Positions 1 to 9,180 of a stretch of 64,000 bases of DNA are shown here, piece after piece. Numbering within the stretch: position 1 is the stretch's first letter; each line of letters opens with the position of its first letter. A program made the position numbers and the translations under genes. Source of the DNA: a virus. Where the stretch lies: the IMG/VR virus record IMGVR_UViG_3300045988_139610. One strand, given 5' to 3'. The notes below the pieces were generated by a model. The model was not told where the DNA came from. It did not search any database and saw nothing but the letters and a program-made list of their open reading frames with translations.

Positions 1-1160
1 TAGTCATCCAAAGGTTCTTTTAAATATTCACAATCAAAGACGTCATCAGTGAATGCACATTTATGAAAGTCTGTACATTCATTAAAGTCTGGACAGAAAT
101 GGCAACAAATATTAGTTCCACGATGTAACCCACATTCAGTTGGTTCCTCACATTCTTTTATATCTTCTTGTTTATTTTCTTTACAAGTGCAATCTTCACA
201 AGGTACTTCACATTTACATTCATTATCTAATTCATCTAATTTATTCTCCATATATTCACATATATCTGCTTTTTCTGCATATTCACATAATTTATCACAT
301 TTATCAAAGTTCTCACACGTATAACAACATCTATTTTCAAACTCGTCACATTTAACCTCTTCATTACATTTAAAGTCTTCACCTAATACTTCTTTGACAG
401 CTTCTCCTAATGTCATATCTGGTTCTGTATTACCTTCTATTTCTTTTATTTTATCTTGTATTTCTTTTTCTGAAGGTTTATCTTCGTCTGGTATGATATT
501 TACATAGGATTTCATCTCTTCGATAAAAGCGTTCCATTCTGATTCTGTCATTTCTTCTTTTTCCATATCTTCTAATGCTTTTGCTAATCGCTCTTCTTCG
601 CTAGGTTCTTCCTTTATTATTTTATATTCTAAAGCTTTATCAAAATCTATCCAAAAATCACGTCCTTTATATTTATCCAAAATTTCTTGAGTTAGACCAG
701 TATCTCGAGTAACTATATCATCTAATATTTTTTGTATTTTATTCATTCTTTTTGTTTCACTTTCTAAGTCGCTTAATTTATCCATCCTCATCATTGAAAG
801 TTCATGATACATTAAACTACCAAATTTACTCATTGTTCTATAATCACAAGCACAAAACAAATACATACCTGCTGAAAATGCATGACTACTTACTCTTCCT
901 TTAAATATTATACCTTGTTCCTCCTTCATTCTTTCCATTAGGTCATATATCTCTAAATATTTATATAAACTACCGCCGTTACTATTAATTCTAAATTCCA
1001 CTTCATCACAATATAAAGGTAAATAATCAGATTGATATTTTAATCTTTCATTTGTTTCAATTATAGCTTTATTTTTATCATATATATCTAATAGTTCATT
1101 AACTACATAATTTCCTAATTCATCATCAAGTTCCCCAGTAAAGTTTATTATTCTTTCCAT
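1..1160 (-). CDS. ClpP-like serine protease domain fused to a Cys- and acid-rich C-terminal region (partial, runs off left edge)
   Basis: Open frame from ATG at 1160 (AGGAGG upstream) down to position 3. It is absent from the ORF track because no stop lies in the window. INSNGGS, AFSAGMY and MYHE resemble ClpP motifs. The C-terminal half has many Cys in an E/D-rich context. Confidence 0.6.
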   Translation of the reverse strand, partial: MERIINFTGELDDELGNYVVNELLDIYDKNKAIIETNERLKYQSDYLPLYCDEVEFRINSNGGSLYKYLEIYDLMERMKEEQGIIFKGRVSSHAFSAGMYLFCACDYRTMSKFGSLMYHELSMMRMDKLSDLESETKRMNKIQKILDDIVTRDTGLTQEILDKYKGRDFWIDFDKALEYKIIKEEPSEEERLAKALEDMEKEEMTESEWNAFIEEMKSYVNIIPDEDKPSEKEIQDKIKEIEGNTEPDMTLGEAVKEVLGEDFKCNEEVKCDEFENRCCYTCENFDKCDKLCEYAEKADICEYMENKLDELDNECKCEVPCEDCTCKENKQEDIKECEEPTECGLHRGTNICCHFCPDFNECTDFHKCAFTDDVFDCEYLKEPLDD

Positions 1161-1197
1161 AATATCTATCCTCCTAAATTTTATTAATTATTTTTAA

Positions 1198-2034
1198 TTA
1201 CATATTTATTGTTAAATCATTTTCTTCATATAAACCGTATTTAATTGCTAAATCTTTTATTACAATTAATATTGCCTCAATTAATAACTTGTCTTCGTTT
1301 ATTATGTCTAATTTATTTATTTTATCTGCTTTTGTTTTACTTACACCATTTTTAATAGCATTATTTTTTCTATTTTTTAATCTAGTATTTAAATTAACTC
1401 CAAATCTGTTATCTATTTCTTTATATATTTCATCATATACAACCTTATGATTTATACCAGTTTTATATGTTATCTTATTTACCATATTTTTCACATCTGC
1501 TCTCCAATTATCTTTCGATAATGATATTAAGTCTTGTATATTATCTAATGAATTTTGAAGTCCTTTTATATCTTTTTCCATTTGTTTCTGTTTTAATTCT
1601 TGTTCAACCATACTATCAAATAATATTTTGAATGACTGAAGATTAGGTGATAATTCTGTTGTGTCTATTGCTTGCATTTGTGCTAATTCCATTTCGTTGA
1701 AACGTTTAACATATTTTGCTGTAAATATTATACCTTTTTCACCTGTCATTTTGTTTGCTAACATTTCACAACCCATTTTAGTACATTCATAAAACGGTTT
1801 TTTTCTATTCATACTATCTTTGTAACTTGATTTTATAAAGTAATCAGATAGGTGTAATTCTGCACTTATCTCTATAGTCGGTTTTATACCAACTATCCCA
1901 CGTTTTTCATTTCCTTCTATCATCCACATTATTTCCTTATGTTCTTTTCCCATCATCTTAGCTACTTCATAACTAGGAATTGTTTCAACTTTCTTTCCTT
2001 TATTTATATCAATTATATTACTCATATTTCTCAC
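1198..2034 (-). CDS. Rha-family phage regulatory protein
   Basis: 278-aa ORF. SYEVAKMMGKEHKEIMWMI ... FTAKYVKRFNEME fits the Phage_pRha pattern. SD upstream. Confidence 0.6.
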   Translation of the reverse strand: MRNMSNIIDINKGKKVETIPSYEVAKMMGKEHKEIMWMIEGNEKRGIVGIKPTIEISAELHLSDYFIKSSYKDSMNRKKPFYECTKMGCEMLANKMTGEKGIIFTAKYVKRFNEMELAQMQAIDTTELSPNLQSFKILFDSMVEQELKQKQMEKDIKGLQNSLDNIQDLISLSKDNWRADVKNMVNKITYKTGINHKVVYDEIYKEIDNRFGVNLNTRLKNRKNNAIKNGVSKTKADKINKLDIINEDKLLIEAILIVIKDLAIKYGLYEENDLTINM

Positions 2035-2120
2035 TCTCCCTTATTAATTATTTTTAATCCTTTACTATTTTTGTCGAGGTATTTCAATAAATTTACATTT
2101 TAATCACCTTCTTATTATAG

Positions 2121-2151
2121 TATTATCAAAACTGTTATTGAAATTACCTAT
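2121..2151 (-). promoter_or_regulatory. Bipartite element ATAGGTA-N16-TGATAATA (copy A)
   Basis: Reverse complement of 2121-2151. Exact 16-nt spacing as in the 6 other copies. Followed by an SD plus ATGTAA start-stop (2093-2098), then the Rha gene. Confidence 0.55.
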
Positions 2152-2195
2152 AATTTAAAATTTATATTTCATATTATCTCCTCCTTATAGTAATA

Positions 2196-2223
2196 ATTAT
2201 ATCATACCTATATTATTTGTCAA
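2196..2223 (-). promoter_or_regulatory. SigA-type promoter TTGACA-N16-TATAAT
   Basis: Reverse complement reads TTGACAaataatataggtatgaTATAAT. The 16-mer lies 5 nt upstream of the -35 box. Confidence 0.6.
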
Positions 2224-2236
2224 TACATTTTATTAA

Positions 2237-2776
2237 TTATTTTTGCATTAAATCTAAAATAGTACATATATCAATATCGTTATTATTTTTTCGTAATTTA
2301 TCACAATCTGGCTTATAGCAACAATTGTTACAACTGTCTATTACAAAATCTTGATACAATATGTTCAATATTCTATCTGCTTTATTAGCACACTGTGCTT
2401 TCATTCTTTTCATCATATTTTCTTCATTAATGCTAATACTAATTTCATTCCAGCTAATTACATGACTTATTTGACAATAATTATTAAAATCTGTTCCCTT
2501 CCAATAAGGCTGTACTGAATGTTCTGTACCATCTATAAGTTCTAATTCAATTTTCACTATATCATCAGACATAGACAATCTATTAAAAGGACTCAAGTCA
2601 TTTGTAAATGAATGATATTCAATATTGTCCATCTTCTCAATAACACATTCAAAATTATAATATTCATTATCTACTTTTGATATATTCAATTTTGTAAAAT
2701 TTTCAATCGGTATTTCAACATACTCACAATTTTCACAAACGAATGTTACCGATTTTATTTCTTTTATATTATTCAT
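2237..2776 (-). CDS. Hypothetical Cys-rich protein
   Basis: 179-aa ORF with SD GGAGGAG and its own promoter. The stop codon lies inside the 16-mer. Confidence 0.5.
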   Translation of the reverse strand: MNNIKEIKSVTFVCENCEYVEIPIENFTKLNISKVDNEYYNFECVIEKMDNIEYHSFTNDLSPFNRLSMSDDIVKIELELIDGTEHSVQPYWKGTDFNNYCQISHVISWNEISISINEENMMKRMKAQCANKADRILNILYQDFVIDSCNNCCYKPDCDKLRKNNNDIDICTILDLMQK

Positions 2777-2788
2777 AAAAACCCCTCC

Positions 2789-4048
2789 TTAATTATAACT
2801 AACTTCTTTACCTGATTCTCTAATACATTTAAAAACTGGAAACCTTAAAGATAATCCTCCTTTATCGTTATAGGTTTCTTCAAAGTATTGTATTTCAGCT
2901 ATACGATTTAAATATTCTTCTTGATTATTCCAAATTTGTTCTCTTTGTTTATCATCAAATCCACTACCTACACCAAGCTGATAACCTTTATAATCACATA
3001 TGAGATTACCTAATGTACCTTTATATTTACCGTCACCCTCTTCAAAACCTATGATTTTTAAATCACAAGAGTTCATTACTTTTAATTTTAATAATGTTTT
3101 ACTTCTTTTAAATTCATATGATTTGTCAAGATTAATCATACATCCTTCAGCACCATTTTGTCTACATTTATTTAAAATTTCTAAAACTTTATCGTTGTCA
3201 TTACCATGATATAAAATTGGAGTTACTTTTAAAAATTCAGTTTCTTTAATGTTCTCTAATACACTTCTTCTGATTGAATAAATATCAGTCTTTTTCTTAT
3301 TTTCAAATTCGTCTAATGTAATAATATCAAACACCATATACTTAACACCTGTTTTAACTTCACTTTTAGTAGATATTATTTTCATAGTGTCTTTATATAC
3401 ACTCTCATAATCACTATTTATTGCTAATAATTCACCGTCTAAACAAACATTATTTAAACCTGTTTGTTTTATTGATTTTAATACTTCAATCAATCCTGTT
3501 ATTTCCTTGTTTTGTCTACTCTTCATAGTTATTTTTCCATTTTTAATAATTGTAAAGCATCTTTGACCATCAAATTTCTCTGTTACAAATTTATCACCTT
3601 TAGGTAATTTATTTAAATCAGCTTTACTGCCAAGCATTATTTCAAATGTAAAAATCAATCCAGGTATAACTTTATTAACCGTCTTAGCATCAGCACCTAT
3701 TTTTAAACTCTTAGTAAGTAATCCTCTCACAAAATCCTGTAAATCTTCATCTAATGAATTTATATATCCTTGCACAACACCTATATTTACATCTGTTCCC
3801 GAGTTATGTAGACTTAAATAAATAAACATATCTCTTATATCATCGCAAGTATTTTCATATACTTTTACTTTTTTATTTATTTTCTTTTTACTTAATCCAG
3901 TTGTTATATTACTATCTAATAAAAATTTCAGACATTCTAAGAATAATTCATTATCCTTATTTTGTTTAATTATTGTTTCTTTACTTTTTTTACCACTTGT
4001 ATTTGAAATTTTATCAAATATTTCTTTTACCCTTTTTAATTCATTCAT
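2789..4048 (-). CDS. ATP-dependent DNA ligase
   Basis: Motif I KFDGQR (TEKFDGQRCF), EGCMI (motif IV-like) and LLKLK (motif V-like). 419 aa. SD AAGGAGG. Confidence 0.85.
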   Translation of the reverse strand: MNELKRVKEIFDKISNTSGKKSKETIIKQNKDNELFLECLKFLLDSNITTGLSKKKINKKVKVYENTCDDIRDMFIYLSLHNSGTDVNIGVVQGYINSLDEDLQDFVRGLLTKSLKIGADAKTVNKVIPGLIFTFEIMLGSKADLNKLPKGDKFVTEKFDGQRCFTIIKNGKITMKSRQNKEITGLIEVLKSIKQTGLNNVCLDGELLAINSDYESVYKDTMKIISTKSEVKTGVKYMVFDIITLDEFENKKKTDIYSIRRSVLENIKETEFLKVTPILYHGNDNDKVLEILNKCRQNGAEGCMINLDKSYEFKRSKTLLKLKVMNSCDLKIIGFEEGDGKYKGTLGNLICDYKGYQLGVGSGFDDKQREQIWNNQEEYLNRIAEIQYFEETYNDKGGLSLRFPVFKCIRESGKEVSYN

Positions 4049-4062
4049 ATATTAATTCCTCC

Positions 4063-4527
4063 TTAATTATATAAAAAAGAATACTTTACTTTATTGTCAC
4101 TATATATTCCTATTTTTACAAACTCTCTATAAAAATCCTCATCTTTTATATTTTTTATATCCTCTTTCTTATCTAAATCAATAACCCATGAATTATCTCT
4201 GTTTCCTCTTTCACATTTCCAATTATTATCTTTCTCTATATTAATTCCAGTTAGTACAATTTTCTTTTCTTCGTTATTAAGTGAAACATTATAAGTAATA
4301 TATATTCTATCTCCGTATTTTTTAAATTTTATTTTTATAATTTTTTCATTTTCTATATTATGATATGCATTTTTTATTAATCTATCAAGGTTATTTGTCA
4401 AAACTCTTATACTAGCATATGGGTGTTTAACTGTATAAGCTAAGTCTAAAATTAAATCTTCATAAAAATTTCCTTTATAGAATTCTCTATTGATTTTCAT
4501 ATCAAGATATTTATTAATTTTATTCAT
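4063..4527 (-). CDS. Hypothetical protein
   Basis: 154-aa ORF. SD AAGGAGG overlaps the stop of the upstream micro-ORF. Confidence 0.5.
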   Translation of the reverse strand: MNKINKYLDMKINREFYKGNFYEDLILDLAYTVKHPYASIRVLTNNLDRLIKNAYHNIENEKIIKIKFKKYGDRIYITYNVSLNNEEKKIVLTGINIEKDNNWKCERGNRDNSWVIDLDKKEDIKNIKDEDFYREFVKIGIYSDNKVKYSFLYN

Positions 4528-4539
4528 ATTTATACCTCC

Positions 4540-4614
4540 TTATTTATCACTTAATCTTACATCCAATATAGTTAATATAATAATCACTGCTAACAATATT
4601 AATAACCCATTCAT
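4540..4614 (-). CDS. 24-aa hydrophobic peptide
   Basis: MNGLLILLAVIIILTILDVRLSDK. SD GGGGTGA lies 4 nt upstream. Below the ORF-track length cutoff. Confidence 0.4.
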   Translation of the reverse strand: MNGLLILLAVIIILTILDVRLSDK

Positions 4615-4691
4615 ATTATCACCCCTTATTAATCATTCATCTATTCTATCTAAAAGTTTTTTCCATTTTTATATTCTTCCCTTTATTAATA

Positions 4692-4719
4692 ATTATATTA
4701 TAAATATGTTATTTGTCAA
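4692..4719 (-). promoter_or_regulatory. SigA-type promoter TTGACA-N16-TATAAT
   Basis: The -35 box lies inside the last codons of CDS 4709-4954. The 16-mer lies 4 nt upstream. Confidence 0.55.
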
Positions 4720-4954
4720 TACTTTTATTAATTATTTTTATTTTATCTACTAAACAACTCAATTCATCCCAATTATGTAAATAAAACACATAATCATTTA
4801 CATATACTTCAATTATTCCTTTTGAGAAAAAACTTCTCTCTCTAAAAATTATTCTTACTCTTAGTTGTTCATTTGCGAATATAGATATAAAATAGTTATC
4901 TTCAACTAATTTTAAATTTAGTTCTTTTTTCAGATATTCTATTTCTTTAATCAT
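4709..4954 (-). CDS. Hypothetical protein
   Basis: 81-aa ORF. The C-terminal KIKIINKSIDK is encoded by the 16-mer plus the next -35 box. Confidence 0.5.
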   Translation of the reverse strand: MIKEIEYLKKELNLKLVEDNYFISIFANEQLRVRIIFRERSFFSKGIIEVYVNDYVFYLHNWDELSCLVDKIKIINKSIDK

Positions 4955-4957
4955 AAT

Positions 4958-5428
4958 TTAACACCACACCCTATGTTTCTCATGTATTTCTTCTAGCCCA
5001 TCATAATCACTTATCTCCCATTCAACATCTTCTGGTATTTCTACTATTTTTAATGAGGCACAACGACCACTAGCTTTTTTACTTCCCATTTCTTCAAACA
5101 ATTTTATTAAGTCTTTGTCATCTCTATCATATAATTCATCACTTAGAAATGTACAATTCATTAACTCCTCGGGATTTTTACCTTGATATTCATATGTAAC
5201 ATAAATCATGTTCCAACTAGGGTTTTGATTCTCTACAATTAAATCTCCATTTTCTTTAAATTTAAAATCTTGTATAAATTTAAAGGTATCATTGCAATCT
5301 TCGTCATACCCTCCACTATAGAAATATAATTTGTCGCATTCTCTATTTTTTATTTTACATAATTTTATTTTAAATTTATCTGATAGAGTATATCCTCCGA
5401 AACATCTATTTATTAATATTTTTCTCAT
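4958..5428 (-). CDS. Conserved phage hypothetical protein
   Basis: 156-aa ORF. The RCFGGY ... LKIVEIPEDVEWEISDYDG..EKHRVW pattern is recalled from other Firmicute phages, but no family name is assigned. Confidence 0.5.
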   Translation of the reverse strand: MRKILINRCFGGYTLSDKFKIKLCKIKNRECDKLYFYSGGYDEDCNDTFKFIQDFKFKENGDLIVENQNPSWNMIYVTYEYQGKNPEELMNCTFLSDELYDRDDKDLIKLFEEMGSKKASGRCASLKIVEIPEDVEWEISDYDGLEEIHEKHRVWC

Positions 5429-5528
5429 AATTATTCCTCCTTATAAATTAATTTTTTTATTTTTATAATAATTTACTTTTATTTTATTATTAGCATTTAT
5501 ATCAATAATTAAAACAAAATCACTTAGC

Positions 5529-5981
5529 TTAATCATAATTTAACACTGAATCCTCCTTTGGTAATTCGCAATAATTCCATTTTTCAATGTCATTTTTCCC
5601 ATTTTTAGACCATGATGTTCTACCAGTAAAATATGTATAAAAATTTCCATTTTCATATTTAAAAAAATGTCTCTTATACCATATTAATTGATTATCACTT
5701 ACCCAAACTTTTGTATCTACGAGTACTTTGTCCCAATCTGTTTCAATTCTTTCATATATGATTTTGCCATCAGCATCAATAACTTTCATTATATCTAATC
5801 CATAGTTAACAGCTTTATATCTCATATTTGATAAATATAAATCTTTCATTCCTTCTAAGCTATAATCAAATTTTAACTGTCTCGCACTTTCTTTATGATA
5901 TACTCCATTATCAATTATATATTTTTTCTCATTATTTTTAAGTACTAAACACATACCATTTTTTAAATCATTTATATTCAT
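5529..5981 (-). CDS. Hypothetical protein
   Basis: Start moved to ATG 5981 (MNINDL), which has AGGAGGAA upstream. Confidence 0.5.
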   Translation of the reverse strand: MNINDLKNGMCLVLKNNEKKYIIDNGVYHKESARQLKFDYSLEGMKDLYLSNMRYKAVNYGLDIMKVIDADGKIIYERIETDWDKVLVDTKVWVSDNQLIWYKRHFFKYENGNFYTYFTGRTSWSKNGKNDIEKWNYCELPKEDSVLNYD

Positions 5982-6046
5982 ATTATATTCCTCCTTTATT
6001 AATTTATACTTATATATTAACATAAACTAATTAAAAATAACCCTTA

Positions 6047-6541
6047 TTAATTATTTTTATCATCTAACAAATTAACTTCTTCAATATCATAATACTCGCA
6101 ATCAGCACAACATGGAGATTCGCAACTTAATAAGCTATTCAATTCAGAAAGTTCAGATGGGTCTAAACTTTCTTTTCCATGAAGTTTACATTTATGAATT
6201 GTAAATTCAACTGAAGGTGTATTACTTTGTTGTAAAACACATATTCTTAAAAGAGTATAAACATCTATTATACCTTCATTACCTTCTGTAGTCATAGCTT
6301 GTATAATCTTATTTTTGTAATAATACGATATTGATATATTATAATTTCCATCTATTTTAGCTAATAATGTGAAATGTTTAGCATCTCCTATATTCGTATC
6401 TATATATTCGTATAAATCTTTAGATGTTAATTTTATTGTCACCTCCAATACATTAAGTCCTTTTAATTTTTCAACCTTTTCCTCTACCTCGCTTATTATT
6501 AATTCTTCCAATTTATTTGCGAATAACTCATTTTTGTTCAT
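6047..6541 (-). CDS. Hypothetical protein
   Basis: 164-aa ORF with SD GGGGGTAG. Ends ..KNN* within the 16-mer. Confidence 0.5.
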   Translation of the reverse strand: MNKNELFANKLEELIISEVEEKVEKLKGLNVLEVTIKLTSKDLYEYIDTNIGDAKHFTLLAKIDGNYNISISYYYKNKIIQAMTTEGNEGIIDVYTLLRICVLQQSNTPSVEFTIHKCKLHGKESLDPSELSELNSLLSCESPCCADCEYYDIEEVNLLDDKNN

Positions 6542-6565
6542 ATTATCTACCCCCTTATATTAATA

Positions 6566-6595
6566 ATTATACTATTTTTTTATTTATATTGTCAA
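6566..6595 (-). promoter_or_regulatory. SigA-type promoter TTGACA-N18-TATAAT
   Basis: Reverse complement reads TTGACAatataaataaaaaaatagTATAAT, with the 16-mer 5 nt upstream. Confidence 0.5.
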
Positions 6596-6690
6596 TACTT
6601 TTTATTAATTATTTTTATTAACTTTTCTTAATTTTTAACAATTAATTAGTGTGCTGTATGCACCTCCTCTATAGAAATGTATTTAATCCT

Positions 6691-6975
6691 TTAATTTTCT
6701 TCTATATCTATGTCAGTTATTGTTTTAAATATGTCTTTATTGAAGTTAGGTAATGAAGTAAATGCATTTTTTTCTTTATCATTTATATAATTCCACATAT
6801 TTCTCCATGCCTCTTTATAATTTAATTCTTTTAAATAACCTCTAGCAATTTTATAATTGGGATGTTTTTCTTTTTCTTCATCTGTCATTTCATATTCATT
6901 AACCCATAGAGTTAATTTAAAATAGTTATTTATTATTTCAAATACACAACTTTTTTCCATGTGTCTAATGTCCAA
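6691..6975 (-). CDS. Downstream-frame part of the DUF7666-like/NTG-repeat protein
   Basis: Overlaps ORF 6933-7520 by 43 nt in the -1 frame. The junction is an A6 run (T-run 6951-6956 on the + strand). Confidence 0.45.
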   Translation of the reverse strand: MDIRHMEKSCVFEIINNYFKLTLWVNEYEMTDEEKEKHPNYKIARGYLKELNYKEAWRNMWNYINDKEKNAFTSLPNFNKDIFKTITDIDIEEN

Positions 6976-7520
6976 TCACTTTCTTTATTAAATAGTTTAA
7001 TCGTTTCATGTTTATCATTATCGTCAGTGCAAAAGCATCCTAATTTTTTATTGCCTAAATTACAGTCTCCAATGTTATAATTACCTTTATTATAATTACC
7101 ACTATTCCAATTTCCAGTATTCCAATCTCCAGTATTCCAATCTCCAGGATTATAATCTCCAGTATTATAATTTCCAGTATTATAACTACCTGTGTTTTTA
7201 ATACCTGTGTTACCTTCACCAGTATTAACCATATCTAATACTTCATGCCAGCTTAATTCTTTTATTATTTTTATTTCATTTGTTACACATTTATTATTTG
7301 AACAATCACTTTTTTCTATAATTTCACCAGTAGCTTCTATTATAGCTACTTTGTTTTCTGGGTCAAAAGTGTAATAATTAAAACAATCAACTAGCTTTTT
7401 ACAAAAATGAAATCCTGCTTCACATATATCTATTTTCCCTTCATGTCTATATGTTTCTCCTACCTTATATTGAAAACCTCTGCAAGTCCAATCTGAATTA
7501 AATACTTTATATCCTTTCAT
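6933..7520 (-). CDS. DUF7666-like N-domain plus pentapeptide-like (NTGxY/W) repeat protein, upstream frame
   Basis: KVFNSDWTCRGFQYKVGETY..CEAGFHFC, followed by about 10 NTG(D/N)(W/Y) 5-aa repeats. Confidence 0.55.
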   Translation of the reverse strand: MKGYKVFNSDWTCRGFQYKVGETYRHEGKIDICEAGFHFCKKLVDCFNYYTFDPENKVAIIEATGEIIEKSDCSNNKCVTNEIKIIKELSWHEVLDMVNTGEGNTGIKNTGSYNTGNYNTGDYNPGDWNTGDWNTGNWNSGNYNKGNYNIGDCNLGNKKLGCFCTDDNDKHETIKLFNKESDWTLDTWKKVVYLK

Positions 7521-7538
7521 ATCTTTCTCTCCTTTTCA

Positions 7539-7607
7539 TTAATAATTTTCTTGCTCTATCCATTCTTTTTCTTCTTTATCCCATACCCTAAACTTTAAGT
7601 TTTTCAT
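7539..7607 (-). pseudogene. 22-aa YopX-like N-terminal remnant
   Basis: MKNLKFRVWDKEEKEWIEQENY* resembles the YopX N-terminus (KFRAWD), but the frame stops after 22 codons. Preceded by bipartite element B and a strong SD. Confidence 0.3.
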
Positions 7608-7631
7608 ATTACCACCCTCCTTATATTACTA

Positions 7632-7662
7632 TATTAACATTAGCGTCATAAAAATTACCTAT
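7632..7662 (-). promoter_or_regulatory. Bipartite element ATAGGTA-N16-TGTTAATA (copy B)
   Basis: Reverse complement reads CATAGGTAATTTTTATGACGCTAATGTTAATATAGTAATATAAGGAGG. Near-identical to copy E at 43284. Confidence 0.55.
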
Positions 7663-7703
7663 GATTATTATTTTATATTATTTTCATCCTCCTTTAAAAA
7701 ATT

Positions 7704-7723
7704 AGAGGGAAATTAATCCCTCT
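7704..7723 (-). terminator. Intrinsic terminator after parR-like gene
   Basis: AGAGGGA-aattaa-TCCCTCT hairpin directly after the stop, followed by a T-run on the minus strand. Confidence 0.6.
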
Positions 7724-7972
7724 TTATAAATTTAGGTCATCTAATGAAAAGTCAAATTCATCTTGTTTCCTTTCTTCTACCTTTACAGTTTCACGTGAAA
7801 CGTCTGTTATTACTGTCGCTCCATTAGCTAAATAGCTTTGTTCAATCTGCATGTGTAATCTTAACAAATCTTTTATATATCCCGTTTTGCTAGTTTTCCC
7901 ATTTAAAAATTCTATAATATCTTTATCTTTTTCATTGAAGGTCAATCTAACCTCTTTAATAGTCTTCTTCAT
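7724..7972 (-). CDS. parR: ParR-like ribbon-helix-helix partition adaptor
   Basis: 82-aa ORF immediately downstream of the ParM-like gene. N-terminal beta-strand/helix pattern (KEVRLTFNEKDKDIIEFL). Confidence 0.45.
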   Translation of the reverse strand: MKKTIKEVRLTFNEKDKDIIEFLNGKTSKTGYIKDLLRLHMQIEQSYLANGATVITDVSRETVKVEERKQDEFDFSLDDLNL

Positions 7973-7980
7973 AATATCAC

Positions 7981-8895
7981 CTACTTATATATTTTATTAG
8001 CTATATTTAATAAACCTTGTGCTTGTAAAGTTATATCTTCAGATGATATTGTTTGTTGATATATCTTTTTCATTGTAGGTGATATAATTTTAGCTCCACC
8101 ACCAATAATGAGAATATTTGAATTCTTGATGTTATTTGCTTGCCCTTTTATTTCATTTACTAAATTAACTATAAATTTCTTAACTAACTCTTCTTTGTAT
8201 TTGAAATCACCTACTAATAAAGATTCTTCATTATCAAATATTCTTTTTGTTTGTTCTAATGATAATGATAAATCATATGTTAAGTTAAGATATTCTCTAC
8301 AAGAATTGTATAAATCAAACAATCCTAATCTTATACTAAATCCATCTTTTAATTGCATTTTATTATCGTAGATTGTAATATCGCATGTATTCCCACCTAT
8401 ATCCACAACCATCGTGTCTACATTTTTATTTAATTTATTCATTATACCTTGTATAGATTTGATTGAATAAGACTCTGGAAGTATTGTAACATTCTCAATT
8501 ACTATGCTTCTTTTAATCCCATTTATAATTATAGTCTTTTTATTATTCTTTTTAATATAATCTTCCATTTTATCTTTCTTTTTATATTGATTAACAGGAC
8601 AACAAGTTACCAAATTGATATTGTTTTCCGTATCTTTTGTAGCATTTGCTATACAATAATAAAGTAATATTAAATAATTGTCTTTTTTATATTTTAAAAG
8701 TTCATTTTCATACTTTCCTTCACCAATTAAATAACCCTCATCATCTATAGTGAATTTTTGATTTTGTGAAAAGTCATCTAAACCATTTTCGCATTGTTTA
8801 ATTCTCGATTCACAAATACAACTCCCATTATTAGATATAGCTATTGATGTTAAATTACCGATGTCTACTCCTATATTGATAATATTTTTACTCAT
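7981..8895 (-). CDS. parM: ParM/StbA-like actin-fold plasmid segregation ATPase
   Basis: IGVDIGNLTS, VVDIGGNTCD and IIGGGA actin-fold phosphate/adenosine motifs. Start moved to ATG 8895 (SD GGAGAGTGA). Confidence 0.7.
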   Translation of the reverse strand: MSKNIINIGVDIGNLTSIAISNNGSCICESRIKQCENGLDDFSQNQKFTIDDEGYLIGEGKYENELLKYKKDNYLILLYYCIANATKDTENNINLVTCCPVNQYKKKDKMEDYIKKNNKKTIIINGIKRSIVIENVTILPESYSIKSIQGIMNKLNKNVDTMVVDIGGNTCDITIYDNKMQLKDGFSIRLGLFDLYNSCREYLNLTYDLSLSLEQTKRIFDNEESLLVGDFKYKEELVKKFIVNLVNEIKGQANNIKNSNILIIGGGAKIISPTMKKIYQQTISSEDITLQAQGLLNIANKIYK

Positions 8896-9180
8896 AATAT
8901 CACTCTCCAAAATATTGATTATTATACACCTCTACCCTATAGGTTATATAATAAAAAATACGACATAAATTAATAATGATTTTCAATTAATACATTACAA
9001 TAATTTTATATCGTATTTACCTCCTTTACTTTAATATATGCTCTAATTACAAAAATGTTGACTATATATTCATATATTTTGTAAAAATATTTATCACAAT
9101 CTCTTTCCCTGTTCTCTCTAGGATGTCCAAAATCCTTGTTAAATGCCATTCTAAGGGTTCTGCATTAGTTAAAGGAGTAA

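Noticed and set aside
140-355. Plus-strand ORF (71 aa, Y/L/H/I-rich)
   Set aside because: It lies antisense inside the long minus-strand ClpP-like/Cys-rich frame. It has no SD and a low-complexity translation typical of the antisense of AT-rich coding DNA.
7080-7200. Tandem 15-nt DNA repeats here, and also at 12480-12780 and 30280-30400
   Set aside because: They are in-frame coding repeats (NTGxW pentapeptides, A(D/N)Lxx pentapeptides, NSNKNY heptads) inside well-supported ORFs. They are not non-coding satellites.
9006-9149. 47-aa minus-strand ORF (MAFNKDFGHPRENRERD...) in the parM-BRO intergenic region, and a possible plus-strand promoter TTGACT..TGTAAAAAT at ~9058
   Set aside because: There is no SD before the ATG. 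The promoter -10 is weak and no terminator follows. The evidence is insufficient to call either a gene or an sRNA.
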